Positions 39,901 to 53,187 of a stretch of 64,000 bases of DNA are shown one piece after another. Below the pieces are notes generated by a model. The model saw only the letters and a list, made by a program, of their open reading frames with translations. It was not told where the DNA came from and ran no database searches. The position numbers and the translations under genes were made by a program. Source of the stretch: Haliotis rubra (lineage: Eukaryota); NCBI RefSeq assembly GCF_003918875.1, contig NW_025765548.1:62001-126000 (forward strand). The letters are read 5' to 3'. Position 1 is the first letter of the stretch. Each line of letters begins with the position of its first letter.

Positions 39901-42900
39901 GGGAGAATCATGCATTTTATAATGGCTTGTACCAAGAGGCAGGTTTAACACCGAACAAAGGGGAATAATTAACAAATCCATATGTTAGCGTTAAATGCAT
40001 GTGTCACTCACTTGTCTGGCAAAGACCTCCTTCCTTTGTCCACCCCCTATCACAAGAACCAGAACAGGCACCTGTAGTCTTGTCACATGATGTCCCGCAG
40101 TGACAGGAGTAGCTACAGGACTCTCCAAACTTTCCTGCCTGACAGGAACCTGTGGGGGGATACAGAAAGGTAGGATTCAACACTGAAAGGAGTATTGACA
40201 GTCTCCAAACTGTCAAAGTGGGCTATATTGCTTGATATGTGAGATCTTCCTGTTATGAGTGAGTGAGTTAAGATTTAAGTCACATCGGCAATATTTCATC
40301 CATGTAGTGACTAAAAACAGGTTTACTTTTATAATAAATATAGGTAAATTATAAAAGGCCTGTCAGCGAAGGACAGTAAAAACAAGTAGAATCTCACAGT
40401 TATGAATATAAAACAAGTATCTAAATCTAAAATAATTAGTTACAGAAGATAATACAATATAAAAAACAGACTAAAGATGGTCAACATCTGAAGGTAGATC
40501 ACCATACTAGGTCTGTTGGTTATGATATCTGTATAATCGATTATTCCAAATAAGGGATGAATTAGGAATTTTCAGAGTAACTAATTATTACAGGGGAGTA
40601 ATGCCTTCTGATGCTCATTTCAACTGGTATCAGTGACACAAACGTTCATGGATATTTTGATTGCATAAGTATACCCTCTCACTTAGACAACCAGTTTGTC
40701 ATCCACATTACCCATTATTTCCGAGAAGATGTTTACATATACATAGGTATGCGTAGATTAATAACATTGTTCATATTGTATATGAACTACGACTAGTGAA
40801 GGTTTGACTGCGACTGGAAACATGCAAGGCATAAGACGTTTTTACATTACCCATTATTTCCCAACAGATGTTACATGTACATAGGTATGCATAGATACAC
40901 AGTATTGTTCATGCTGTGTATTAACAACGGCTAGTGCAGGTTTGACTGTATCTAATAACCTGCAAAGCATAAGTCATTTTACATTACATTTGAATATTGA
41001 GCCTCAAAGTCTAAAAATAGTGTGTGGAAAGAGGATCAAAATGCAAAGAATTTGGACTGATTATTGTTTGTAAAAGCAATAAATTTGCATGACTGATAGT
41101 AACTTAATATTTCTTTTTGGGCGCATTAAAATTGGGTTTTTCTCCTTTCTGCTCATAGTGTACATATTTGGTTTCACCATTAAACAGATGGCATTAAGTG
41201 GGTTATTATTTCTCCCGTTGAAACCAAAAATAATATTTTCTGGTGTTGAATTAATGTATTTTTCAGCTAATTGTTTCAGCCACTTAGTCAACTCTTTCCA
41301 CACTTCGCTTGAATAAATACAATCACACAATAAATGTATAACACTCTCAGGCACCTGGTTACAAAATGAACACACGGGTGAATCAATATATCCAATCTCA
41401 TGCAAGTCAATATTAGTTGTCAAAATATTCTGAGTTATCTTGTACTGAAACCATTCTAATTTAACGCTTTGAGTACATCGATTAGCCACCAAATTAGTAT
41501 TTCCCATTCGTTCTGTCGGAAATGTCTGTCCAATGTTTCTTCCCATTTTAATTGTTCATTTGTTTTATTAAACCAAAATTGGCATTGTGTTTCATAAAAA
41601 AAATGTTTACTATTAGCTTTTTTGAAAATGCTAAAAGGAAAAAAAGTAGGGTAGGCAAGTATGTTTACCACATGTTTAAAAGTGACATTTCTCTTTTTTA
41701 ATATATTCAAAGATTGCTCTTTTAAGACCTCGGTATGTAAGAAAATCAACAGCTATATCATATTTCTTCCAAAGTCAGTACATTACCGTCGTCATTTACT
41801 TTATTTCTCAAGTATGTCCTTTTCTTCCATATTGCTGTGATAGATGTTCTGCAACTAATCAAACTATTGTGCCAGAGTGATGGATTTACTATGAGCTGCA
41901 TGCTTATAACAAATTGTTAGATAGTCAGACCATGCCTCCACAACATCCCTTCAGAATCTATTTGGAATAGCATACATTTGCTAATATAAACACCATTGAA
42001 ACCTTGAGTTCCATATTCAGCAGCGGTAGTAGCAACCTTTGTTTTGATTTTGTCGTTCTTACCCTTCCAATTAAAATCAAAGCATTTCTTCTGAAAAGAT
42101 TGAATCATATCATGTGGTGGACTTGGTATAGATGAGAAGAGATGGTTTAATTTTGACAGTAATAAGGATTTCAAGACAACATTTCTTCCCATAGGTGTTA
42201 AAAATCTCGATTCTCAAATGTTCATATCTCTCTCAATTTTCCTAAGCTTGTCAGAATAATTAATGATTACCATAGATTCTAGATCTATCAAGATCTAACA
42301 TCAACATCAACTTTGATACCTAACAGATGAAATTATGATTGTAATCAATCTAGATTGATAGCTCGTATCGTGACCTTTTTGGGGATCCTATCCATATTAG
42401 TCTTGTAAAGATATAGATATACAGAATTGGTATGCAAAAATCACTTCTTCATCATTCTTAAATCATTACTCGTCATATAAATCTGTACTTGAACCGGAAA
42501 AATATATATCAGAGTTTTGCTATGATAAAGATTTCTTACGAGTTGTATTTAAATTCAGATGCATGAGTCATAAACTTAAAATTCAACACAACCGTTTTAA
42601 TAAGGTAAATGCTGATTCCATTAAATGTGATAAATGTATTTGTAATTTGATACAAGATGAGTATCATTTCTTACTCGTATGTCCATTTTATTCACAACAA
42701 CGCTCTTTGTACATTCCTGATTTTTACATTATATCTCCAACCAGATCAAAGTTTACCCAGCTGCTTGCAACAAGGAATGTAAAACTCCTAAAAAATATTG
42801 CAATTTATCTTAAACTATATTTACCTGTATATATTGTAAATTGTTCTCCTGACCATGTGCTATATTGAATTGTACTTTTGTTCATGTGGCCATAAATACT

Positions 42901-44166
42901 GAATAAAGCTCTTCTTCTTCTTCTTGTCTTGTCAGTATTAACTTGCAGTTCAGAAACCTTGCAAAACAGTTAAGACATTAGGAACTGCATAGAGACCTTT
43001 CTCAGTATCATCTAATGTTAATGAAGTATCATCTGTAACCTGAGCTAAAAGGCTTTCAACAATTCCCATCTTAATACCCTTTGTCCTCTTATCTTTTCTT
43101 ATCATAATTGCTCAGATTCCTACACATAGGATGAATATATATGGCGAGACCGGATCCCCTTGTCTGCATCTTCTAGTAATCTTGAACAAAGGGCTTCCGA
43201 AATGATTTACAAGAACGCATGATTCTATATCATGTAGGAGAATTGAAATCCATGTTTGTGCTTTTGGGGTTGAGTCCCATCCGGGATTCGAACCCACACC
43301 TTCAGAGTCAGGCACCTAATCGCCAGCACACAAAGTCAGCCACCTAACCCGCTCAGCCACCGAGACTTCCACCGCGTGGGACTCAACCAAAAAGTACTAG
43401 AATTTGTACTTTACTCAGAAAGTGTAATCCCAAATATAACACATGTTACATTTGACTACTTTCTAAATGACATTGTGTAATCATGGATTAAATTGATCTC
43501 GTCAAAATAAGGCTACAATATTGCCGATGTGACGCTATGTTGTCAGTTGGTAAAAAGCACGGATGAATATTTATTGCTGTGAGGTCAATTGTTTGGAAAG
43601 GTTAATAGAATACCCCAGTGAAAACGATTCATTAGTCTCATCGCATAATCCATGTACATCTTGCTCTTTCCTCTCGATTCCAGTGATATCTATTAAGCTT
43701 TTAAGCACACACTTCACACAACAGTGACTTATACGCGAAGTTTATAACAGATTAGAAATACAACTTTTTCCTTCCATATGTAATATATTGAAGTTGGGAT
43801 AATCCATTTTCATCTTGCTCTTTCCTCTCGACTACAGTTACATATTTTAAGCTTTGTACGAAGCAAACGCTTCACACAACAGTCAGTTATACTCGAGGTT
43901 TATAACACGTGTTTTACTGGTATTGTCCCGTTAGCTTAGATGCACACGCAAATAGTGGACGGGTTCTGCTATATATAACACACAAACGTGTATGCAACAT
44001 GCTCGTCTCAGTATATATATACACAATATATTATTTGTAGTGATGTACAAATCCGCGAGGAAGGTACGTATACTTCGACGTAAGACAATCGGCTGATGTA
44101 CTCACCCGATGTCAACTGTATCCATTGAAGCAAGACCACTACAACGAATATCCTGACACCCGCCAT
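36909..44166 (-). CDS. Gene B N-terminal exons (signal peptide, EGF, FTP lectin domain)
   Basis: Exons 44106-44166, 40012-40149, 39521-39724, 36909-37116; the last has a +1 G in a G6 run (36966-36971), giving TGA. Confidence 0.85.
37577..38727 (-). mobile_element. Tc1-like DNA transposon relic
   Basis: Degenerate TIRs CTACTGGAATAAAGTAACTGTGCAT / ATGCACAGTTATTTTTTCCCGTTAG; VLFTDELRF, DGRARVY, GNMTGLRYRDEI fragments. Confidence 0.8.
40258..40512 (-). mobile_element. Family C retroposon copy
   Basis: Reverse complement of the 35330-35600 family; absent from the homologous gene A intron. Confidence 0.75.
40700..43250 (-). mobile_element. Tx1/L1-clade LINE 3' portion (RT and C-terminal), decayed
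   Basis: RQGDPVSPYIFILC; GRNVVLKSLLLSKLNHL; FQYKITQNILTTN..CSFC..ES..HL..DC; duplicated 3' segment of about 140 bp at 40705-40985. Confidence 0.8.
42409..42925 (+). mobile_element. 5'-truncated LINE 3' end nested in the Tx1 element
   Basis: KFRCMSHKLKI..C..IQDEYHFLLVCP; AATAAA + (TTC)n tail; TSD GTCTTGT. Confidence 0.8.
43250..43375 (-). mobile_element. tRNA-derived SINE fragment
   Basis: Reverse strand GGTGGCTGAGCGGG..GGTTCGAATCCC; related head at 45063-45115. Confidence 0.6.
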
Positions 44167-46065
44167 GTTGAGCAACCAGGAAGTGAAATACGCAGTCAAA
44201 CTGTGTTAAAGGTCACGCTCACTGAATATCCACTGTGTCGTGTATGAGTAAATGTATCTAAATTTATCTTTTGGAGCCATGATAGGGGACTACAGTCGAT
44301 AACAACGCCAGTAACACACAACAGATTGTCACAGACGTTTAATAAGATTGTTAAACGACACATATCACGTATATGTGAACAATGTGTTCAGCTTTCACAT
44401 CCGTTATCCATGTCACATTTGCTCATATTCAGGTACATCCTTTTCAGAAGGGATTAAATTAGATACATGTTGTGGGCAGGTATGTAGCCAGGCACAGAGA
44501 TACCGGTTTTATCCTGCTGTATATTGGAAAAGAGTTGAGTGAAATATCAACAGCTCGCACTCACTACATTCTCCTCCTATGCACGCATGTGACTCACTGA
44601 CCCGTTGTAAGGTTGGGTCCCAACAGAGCTTGCAGGGTATCTTCCATCTGGGTCACATGCGGTCAGCCATGACGATGCATCAGCCCTGGTCTGGGTAGAG
44701 GGACTTCAGGAGAAGTGTTCTATGCAGGAATATAGTGAGACGCAGGGCTTTGATCAATGTTGAGTAAAGTGTCAACACGTCACACTCACTACTTTTCCTC
44801 CTACACATGCATGTGACTCACGGTCCCGTTGTCAGGATGACATCCCAACACTGTTTACAGGGTAGCTTCCATCTAGGTCACGAGCGGCCAACCCTAACAA
44901 CGAATAAATGAGGACTTAGAAATAGTATTTACACAAACTCGTAACACAATGCTGTATATCTATTTTGATGTTATGTATGTCGTGGCGTATTTAAATTAAA
45001 TGTATTGTATTACTTTTTACTTTCATCAAACACGACATATTGTTTTTTTTTGTGGAGATTGCTGTGGCTGAGTGAGTTAGATTGCATTACTGGGAGAGTG
45101 TGGGTTCGAATCCCTGTGGAAAACACTAGAACCTGTGCTTTTCTGAGAAAGTGTATTCCCATATGTTTCATTTAACCACCACATTGAATGGCATTGTACA
45201 CTTCCTGAGGTTCATGAGTTCTCCTCTGTGTGTTGATATTGTTTGCCGTGTGGGGCACTTACATGACACTCACATGACAAGCCTTACAGTGACATGAAAC
45301 CTGTTGGACAGGGATACCTATGACAGGACATGTTCACCTTTTGCTAACACCTTGTGTCATCACCTGGTGGTCCGTTCTTAATTTACCCAGCTCTGTTAGC
45401 CTTTACACAATATGGAATCTGTAATAGTCAGTATAGGGTATTCGTTTGCGCTGCTGCTGTATATTTACAAGAAGGTTATATCCTTCCGTTTTCCGCTAAA
45501 CTCACTTTGAGCCAAAGCCGCTTTAGGAAAGTAACGATACAGATGGATATACTGACTCTGGCAATTAAATGTTTGGTAACATGTTTCTATTACTTCCAGC
45601 TTACTGACATCCGGTTCGAAAAGAAAAAAGAAAAAAGCAGTGTATATTCTACTTCTCTTGCAATTTAAGTCCCCTTGCTCTTTGCACACCAACACGTTAC
45701 AGACATGCATGTATTTGTGTACTGGTAGCTTAAACGAGAAAGTCCGATTCCATTTCCAGAGGAAGAGACAAAAGATAACCCAGATAAATTCACTGACCCT
45801 GAGTGGCGCCCGGAAATGATGTCTCTGTGTATCCATGCAATGAAGTCAAAGATTATATACATATAGAAGTAAGCTACAAGAAGCTATCTCACACACACAC
45901 GCGCACACTCACTCACTCACTCACTCACTCACTCACTCACACACTCACGATCGACTACAAGTTCTTAAATATCAAATGGCGACGTTTTGGTATTTATCCT
46001 AATACCCTTATAAGGATTGCAAACTATTCGCACAAACGTCGCCCGAGGGATATCAAAGACCTTGT

Positions 46066-46230
46066 GGGGCGGCGGGGTAGCCTAGTGGTTAAAGCGTCCG
46101 CTCGTCACGCCGAAGACCCGGGTTCGAATGCCTACATGGGTACAATGTGTGAAGCCTATTTCTGGTGTCCTCCGCTGTGATATTGCTGTAATATTGCCAA
46201 AAGCGGCGTAAAGCCAAACTCACTCACTCA
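46066..46230 (+). mobile_element. SINE family A copy
   Basis: Full-length; TSD TCAAAGA(C/A)CTTGT. Confidence 0.88.
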
Positions 46231-46616
46231 AAGAACTTGTAGTCTATGCAATGACTATTACTATTTTGTCATTACGCAACTTCTAAAGATCTCTATCAAA
46301 CAATTCACCTCTCACAAACATATGTTCACACAGAAGTTAGGAATGACCGTTCCTCTAGGGTCAGTCCAAACTTTACAACATCAGAGTCCAACAATGACTA
46401 TGATATGTATAGAAGATGACTCACTGACTGAGTTTGGTTTTACGCCGCTTTTAGCACCTTTAGGCATCTGACAACACATACTTGCATATCTGTCATATTG
46501 GAAGGGACTTTTGCTTCCAATGGGGCGACTACATACATCTGTACGTTCTCTGATGTTAAAAAAATATATTTACATTGGGAAATTAAACTTATTCACATAT
46601 TGTATGACATGTCCAG

Positions 46617-48028
46617 TGTGCCCAGCTGGTACCTATTGTGTGGATTGCAACAACGCCTGTGGTAAATGTGGTAACAACAGCTTGGGCCACAACGAGACCG
46701 GAAGTTGTCCAGATGGATGCGAGGCAGGATGGCAGCTGGATCCGTGAAAAGACGGTGGGTTAAGATGACGCACAACTCACAGTCTTGTTTTAAACTGCAA
46801 AGATGGTTTTGTTGTTAAAACCGAACTTGTCAGAAAAGGCGACATCAATGTTTAGGTCATCTCATTGCATTGTAGAAATGGATTTAGCGGACCTAGTTGC
46901 CAAAGCGTCAGTGGTAGAATACACCGTGACGTTAATCATTGTAATATTGTCTGCAGTTTGTCTTGTTGAGTCATCAATATTTATTATTGAAATATTATAC
47001 ATAATATAGCCCAGGTTGAGACTTACCAAATGTATTCGTAGGTTTAAAATGGAGTTAAAGGTCTGTAAAATTATTGTCCTCCTGAGAGGGTACGTGAGTC
47101 CCAAAACTTTTAAAGTCAATTGTTGTTTTTTTTTAATCGTAGTATATCTGTAGTTTTAAGAAATCGCTAACCCTCAATACAATCGCCAGCGGCTGAAGGA
47201 TGACCAGTGTAAATCCAGCTAGGGTCATTGCAGATAGCAAAAGAACTTTAAGTTTCCATGGTCCCTAGAATGGTGATCTACCTTCAGTTGCTGGTGATAT
47301 TCAGCCCGTTTCTATATTGTATTGTCCAGATTGAAATCCAATTTTAGAGATAGATTCTCATTTAATTCTTGTTTCTAGTTGTTTTTTTTTATCGTCCTTC
47401 GTCGACCGGTTTCTATAATTTAACAGCATTTATCATGTATTTATAACTAGTTTTAGCCACGCTATGGCTGAAATACTGCCAATGTGATTATAAACTTTAA
47501 CTCTCTCACTCACTCTTCTTGGTGACATAAGAGACAAATCTAAATGACGTCATTTGAAAGTTGTCTCACTAACAACATTCTGATTGAATCATTTGGAAGA
47601 GCCAATCTGATTTACATTTTCAGAATCAAAGAAGAAACTTCACAACAAAATGACCCATTCGTTTACAAAGATAACCGGTTTAGGTGTTCTCGTTGGTGGG
47701 CTTGTCGGAGTGGCGCTGACACTTATCTTAGCGTTTGGGGTGTATCTGTGTTTACATTGTAGACCATGCAGGTAGGTGTACAATAAAGCGATGACTATTC
47801 ATATTTAAACATAAACTTGTATGTGCGAATTAAAATATATTGAATGTAACGTTAACATTTGTTTGTTCTGTTAACACGCTGTACAGGAATCACAGGTCTG
47901 TGAAGGAAGAGGAGACTAAAGACACAGATAAATCGCTGACTAAAGACACAGAAAACTCGCTGACCATAAACAAGAGAATCGAGACCTGTGTCTTGAACAT
48001 TATGAATGCAATTACTGACAGGCATTAG
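46617..48028 (+). pseudogene. Locus C: short EGF-TM receptor-like pseudogene with no PTP domain
   Basis: EGF exon 46617-46754 (CPAGTYCVDCNNACGKC...GCEAGWQLDP*, TGA at a Cys position); TM exon 47624-47771 (GLGVLVGGLVGVALTLILAFGVYLCL); tail exon 47887-48028 with a 24-bp internal duplication. Confidence 0.65.
47255..47515 (+). mobile_element. Family C retroposon copy
   Basis: CCATGGTCCCTAG..GGTGATCTACCTTCAG..TCAC tail. Confidence 0.75.
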
Positions 48029-49006
48029 GACTTCAATAATCCTCCGGGAACTGACGAAATGTTTCAAAATGACAAACCATACATTCTATGTTGAGGAATA
48101 GCTATTTCTCCGCTCAGTGATCGATAATAGTATAGTCAGAGTGTATTTCTATGCTATGCTTTGCTTCTGTGAATGCTTCATTTAGATAGTATCGTTTCTC
48201 TGACTGGAACCACTAAGTGTCATTTATTCTCTTGCTGCATGCACTCCATTATAAGGCACAGTGCTAGTTTTGATACCATGGCAAGAGGAGATCCAGCGAT
48301 GTTGAGGCCAGGACAAGACCACTAAGCGAAGTGCTTCAAATCCTATACCCTTCCTATTAACTGTGTGTTTTAATGTTTTTGTATAATATATGGGTACTAT
48401 GATGGATGAAGCGTTTGCTCGTCACGAGGACACGGGTTCGATTCCGTTCTCTTGCTTTAAACTCTCACATAGGTTACAATGTATCGGAGCATCGCATTGC
48501 TACCAACCGCGTTGTTTTGTCGGCTGTTAAATTGTCAATCTTATTTCACAGTGTTGCCCTTAAAGGACACGGATCCAGTACACTATATTTTATCACTTGA
48601 AGTACAGACCTCTATCTTCTTTCCGATCCTGAGTCATTGTGATTATCTAGACAATGTACAGAAATCCGATTCTTAATACAGATAGCAACTTGAAGTGTAA
48701 TAAGTAACTAATCATTGTATATTTAAATACCAATTACTCAGACGAATAATTGTATTTTACAGGAAACACTATCTAAATGGACAAAAGTTATGGATACAAT
48801 GGTTGAAAATCTAGCAGCAGTGTTTGCATGCCATATACAATAAACATCTGTAAGATTTCAAAAGATTTGTGAAATATTAAACAGGCAACCTCGATGGATG
48901 TTATGTTTGTATTTACTGTAAAAAAATAAACGTTCTTTCCTTGTCAAACAAAAGACATAATGGATACAAAAATGAGATTTTATTCAAGTTAATGTGCTGA
49001 CACAGT

Positions 49007-49105
49007 ACAAATCAACGTGACATTCTGTGGAACTAGTAGAAATCAATGTGAAATTCTGTGGAACTAATACAAATCAATGTGAAATAATGTAGAACAAGTA
49101 CAAAT
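49007..49105. repeat. 31-bp tandem repeat, about 3 copies
   Basis: ACAAATCAATGTGAAATTCTGTGGAACTAAT units. Confidence 0.8.
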
Positions 49106-49469
49106 CGTCCGTACTGATTTGATTTTGGGGTAAATTGTGTCACCTTCACCGCATGATTGGTGCTATATCATGTTAGATACATGTAAGCGGGTTTTCCATG
49201 TAATCAAGACACTCAACCAATTGTTCCTGAATTGAAAATGATGTTTATGGTTCAATAACAAAGGTCGTCATATTATCGGTATTTATGTTCGAGGCAATGC
49301 TGGTAATTCATTCCTACGATTCATTTCAAGGCATTGTCACTGAATAATAAGGAAAGTGTTCACTAATAGATATATATTGGTGTCGCTTTTATGGGACTGA
49401 ATAATATGGTAATAGGTTCGTTCTTTTCGTAGGTGTGATGTTGTCCTTTGGGACTGTCTGGTGTTGAGT

Positions 49470-51155
49470 TCAGATGTTGGCATAGGTATTTGAAGGATCT
49501 GTTCTCAGAATACACTGCAGGGCAAAGTCATGAAACATCTGCACATCATTCTGGAAAAAACAAAACAAAATCAGGACATTGAAAGAAGTTTGATCCCCAA
49601 GACAGCTTACGCGTTTCCTCGATGGAAATGATTCATATTGGATCAGTGATGGTTTTGATGGCCATAGACAACATCACATTTCACCACGATTAGAGACAAT
49701 GTCAAAGGCTATATCGCATTACGCCATGAGTACCCATAGTGTCGTACAAGCCTTCAACATTAGTTATGGCAAGGATACAAAAATCACTGTCAACAAATTT
49801 GGAACAGTCTGGGACTTAGAAAATCTAATATTAATTTCTATTTTCGACAGACAGTATGTAAACGGCACCCAAAATTCTGATTCTGTTCTTTTTTCTATTT
49901 GTTTGTGGAGCGTTGGGATAGCCTAGGGGTTAAAGTGTTTTCGTGACAAGCCGAAGACCCGGGTTCGATTCCCCACATGGGTACAATGTGTGATGCCCAT
50001 TTCTGGTGTCACCCGCCTTGATATTGCTGAAAGACGGTGTAAAACTAAAACCTCACTCACTCACTCTGTTTGTTTGGTTTGTTCAAAATGTTTTGAATTG
50101 ATCATCTTAGGTTATTCGATAGTACCGCTCATTTAATAAATATTACTGATATTACCAATGCCACGTCATCGTCAGAGATACTGGTTGTTATATGTTGTCC
50201 GCATTATGTTTGCAGATATATAATAGAACCAACGTCGATAGACTCAGAAAAAAAACAAATGTTGGAAAGAATGGCAAGGGAGAATAATTTTGAAATATGT
50301 CAGATGTGATTTAGATCATATTATATTGTGACTGATGATCTATGGTAAATAGAACTATATTGTCCCTACCTCGTTGAACTGAAGGTCAGGGCAACATCTG
50401 AGGAATGTTCTCACATGGCCGATGACGTCAACACAAGTGTCCTCACGAATACCGGAGAGAATATTCCCCATAATGCAGAAAGAGACGGCAAGCTTTCTGT
50501 CGGTTTCACTGCAATATAATAATTTCAGTAAATTAGTTACTGGCTTTTACATACAATTCCTTCATCACAAAACATTTTTTCCAATAAAGTGACAATTTTA
50601 CCTGTGAAGAACAACAACTGGGTGAGTCTGTGTTGATATTTCTTGCAGTTGGGGGTGATTCAACAAATAGGATGTCACAATTTCTGTAGTCAAGTGTGCA
50701 TTAACTCTGATCATCTTCACCTGGCGAGGCCTGTCTGTCTGTGTACACAAATATTTATCTATTATTGGCCATTCATGAATGCAGTAATAATACTAATAAT
50801 AATAATGACCTCAGCCTCATGGTGTCTGCCATGTAATTTATTGAAAGAGATATTTAAAAAAAACAAAACAAAAAAACAACTTACTAAGCCAAACCAAACT
50901 AAGTATAAAATTAACAGAGGCCAGTTCTCTTATCCTTAATGTTATATCTTCTTTCATTAGTTTGTCATACTTGGTTAATCACGAAAATATGTTAGCTTTC
51001 ACGAGTATTAATAATGTAACCTGGTGGTTTATTACCTTTGTGGATAGCTGCAAGTTGTTCGTGGTAAGGTCTGTTGATAGGCTGGTTTCACTCGTGGTTG
51101 TCACAGTAATCTCACCATGTGTCTTTGACCTCCCCTCTGCTTGGACTAAACCCAT
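49470..51155 (-). pseudogene. Locus D: orphan block of four PTP D2 / terminal exons of another paralog
   Basis: Phase-compatible exons 51036-51155, 50602-50738 (..HPVVVLHS), 50370-50508 (ETDRKLAVSFCIMGNI..CVDVIGHVR), 49470-49550 (..DPSNTYANI*); sizes and phases mirror the gene B D2 exons; AATAAA on the minus strand at about 48978. Confidence 0.75.
49905..50066 (+). mobile_element. SINE family A copy
   Basis: Homologous to 46066-46230. Confidence 0.85.
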
Positions 51156-51381
51156 CTTGAATAGAAAATGTTCAAAACTGTAATAGGATGAAACATGTAT
51201 ACCAATGAATCAATATTCAAATAAGTTATGCTCACAGCAAAAAATAACTTGGTTTCCGCAATGCGGAAACCTGGTGGAAAGTGGACTGAAACTTAAGTTT
51301 CCACCTAGAATCCAGTGAGTTTCCGTTCTTTTACATTGAGTTTCCGCCATAACGGAAACTTACAATTACCCACTTTCTAAG

Positions 51382-51661
51382 GGTTTCCGCACGGTTTCCG
51401 TTATCCACACTCCAACAGGTTTCCGCAAGGTATCCGTTACCCACACTCCGACAAGTATCCGTTGAGTTTCAGTTAACTTTGAATCCATCAGGTTTCCGCA
51501 AGGTTTCAGTTATTAAGACTCCAACAGGTTTCCGCATAGTTTCAGTTACCAACAATCCGACATAGTTTCCGCATAGTTTCAGTAACCAACAATTCGACAT
51601 AGTTTCCGCATAGTTTCAGTTACCAACAATCCGACATGGTTTCCGCATAGTTTCAGTTACC
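51382..51661. repeat. 36-37-bp tandem repeat, about 8 copies
   Basis: GGTTTCCGCATAGTTTCAGTTACCAACAATCCGACAT units, without unique spacers. Confidence 0.9.
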
Positions 51662-53187
51662 GGTTTCAATTTCAGGTTCACAGGTTTTCTTTAATATGCG
51701 CTTCAAAGAGCCAAATTTAACCATTCTTCTTTATTCATATCATAAACTCTTGTTAAAAACAATATAAGCAATTTGTTATTATCATGACATTTACTTAAAG
51801 AAAAACAGAATATATAATAAAATTCATTGTTTTATTTTCTCAACATGAATATGAATTAGCATTTAAGGCAAATAAGGATCATACATATAACTAGTAATAT
51901 AGCACTAAAAAACAGGGCAAACATTTTGGCATAACTCAATCCAGTTTAAGAAATCATATATCATTTATAACAAAGTAGTAATTTTTCATCAGTTAAACTT
52001 TCATTCACTTATTATCTTGAAATAGCATGTTAGATATGAAATTTATTTAAAAAAATCACGCTAATGGTGAAAAATAACAATAACATACAACTTAACACAG
52101 TAATAAAACATAGCTGCATCGGACATTTATTTGCACGCCTTGGCATTCAGCCACACACTCTATGTCACAACTATCGCCAAACATCCACTATGATATACAT
52201 CATACAATAACACAACATACAGCCTACAATACAAAAATAAAATAAAATAAAAATTACATTATGAAATTGAAAATAAATTCAATTATATTGCAAGAGTTGG
52301 TCAGTTAGCCCAATAAGGGGCATCCCTAGGCGGAGATCCCTCCGGTTGGTTGGATGCCTCATCCTCGTCCTCACGTTGGGCCATGACGAGGGCAGTGGAG
52401 GTGTAGATTCTTTCCAAGTTCAGTGTCGTCGTGTATGCCCTAAGCTTGCTGGACTCCCAGACAAAGGGGACGGAATGCAACTAATTGACGTCATCTTCGT
52501 CACTCACGACTGGTGATGTCATGTCTATTGTGAGTGTTGTCGCTACCTTTCTTTCGTCTATCTGGCCAATCGATAGATGCAAGTCTGTTTAGGCGTTGTG
52601 CAAGTTTCTGAAAATGGCAGGTAATAACGAATTACTAGATTATTTTGATAAATTACACAAACATCAATCAACAAGAAACTGATAATGCCAAGGATGATTT
52701 AAAATGAGTAATCCAAAAGGAAATTTGAATAAAAGAGAATTGAACAATCACACTTTGCACTAGTTTTCTCAAAACTCAAATTATGCAATCCATCACACTT
52801 CATTGACCGAATGAAATATCTTATTTTCTAAAGAGGACACACAATCTATACAATATTTGCTCTGGAGTTACATGCTTCCCAGACCATAGGTAGTAATACG
52901 TTATATATATATCTGAACATTTATTGCATTTTCTATATAGTAATAATGGTACTAGTAATAGATTTTCATCAAATTGCTATATTCAATCTCTTGCAGTTCG
53001 TATTGAGCCCATTTCTGGTGTCCCCCGCCGTGATATTGCTGGAATATTGCTAAAAGCGACGTAAAACCAAACTCAGTCAGTCAGTCGTATTGTTGAAGGC
53101 ACAAGTATATTCACCCAGTAGTGACTGTATGTTTACACCATTTATTCTTTGAGGTGTATTTTGAAGTGAATAATACAAGACATGAAT

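Larger units (their letters stand above)
19386..44166 (-). pseudogene. Gene B: SP-EGF-FTP lectin-5xEGF-TM-PTP(D1)-PTP(D2) receptor-type tyrosine phosphatase-like gene, disrupted
   Basis: Exons: 44106-44166 (SP), 40012-40149 (EGF), 39521-39724 and 36909-37116 (FTP), 34895-35026, 34309-34454, 33642-33785, 33372-33509, 32440-32577 (EGF), 31378-31504 (TM), 31175-31248, 30198-30581 (juxtamembrane), 29615-29702 (KNRF..YYP), 29405-29481 (DYINASYLD), 28875-28911 (YIAAQG), 28120-28220 (DFWRMI), 27681-27793 (KCLQYWP), 27451-27547 (WPDHGVP, cut by LINE), 21941-21979 (tentative), 21543-21679, 21219-21335, 20259-20395, 19617-19749, 19386-19457 (..GLYANL*). Frameshifts in 4 exons; no HCSAGxGR found. Confidence 0.85.

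Noticed and set aside
46066-46140. tRNA genes (also 4049, 49905, 58171, 60578)
   Set aside because: tRNA-like heads continue into a shared body and (TCAC)n tail with TSDs, so they are SINEs
51382-51661. CRISPR-like array of 36-37-bp units
   Set aside because: Contiguous tandem units without unique spacers, no cas genes, eukaryotic context; fits transposon subterminal repeats
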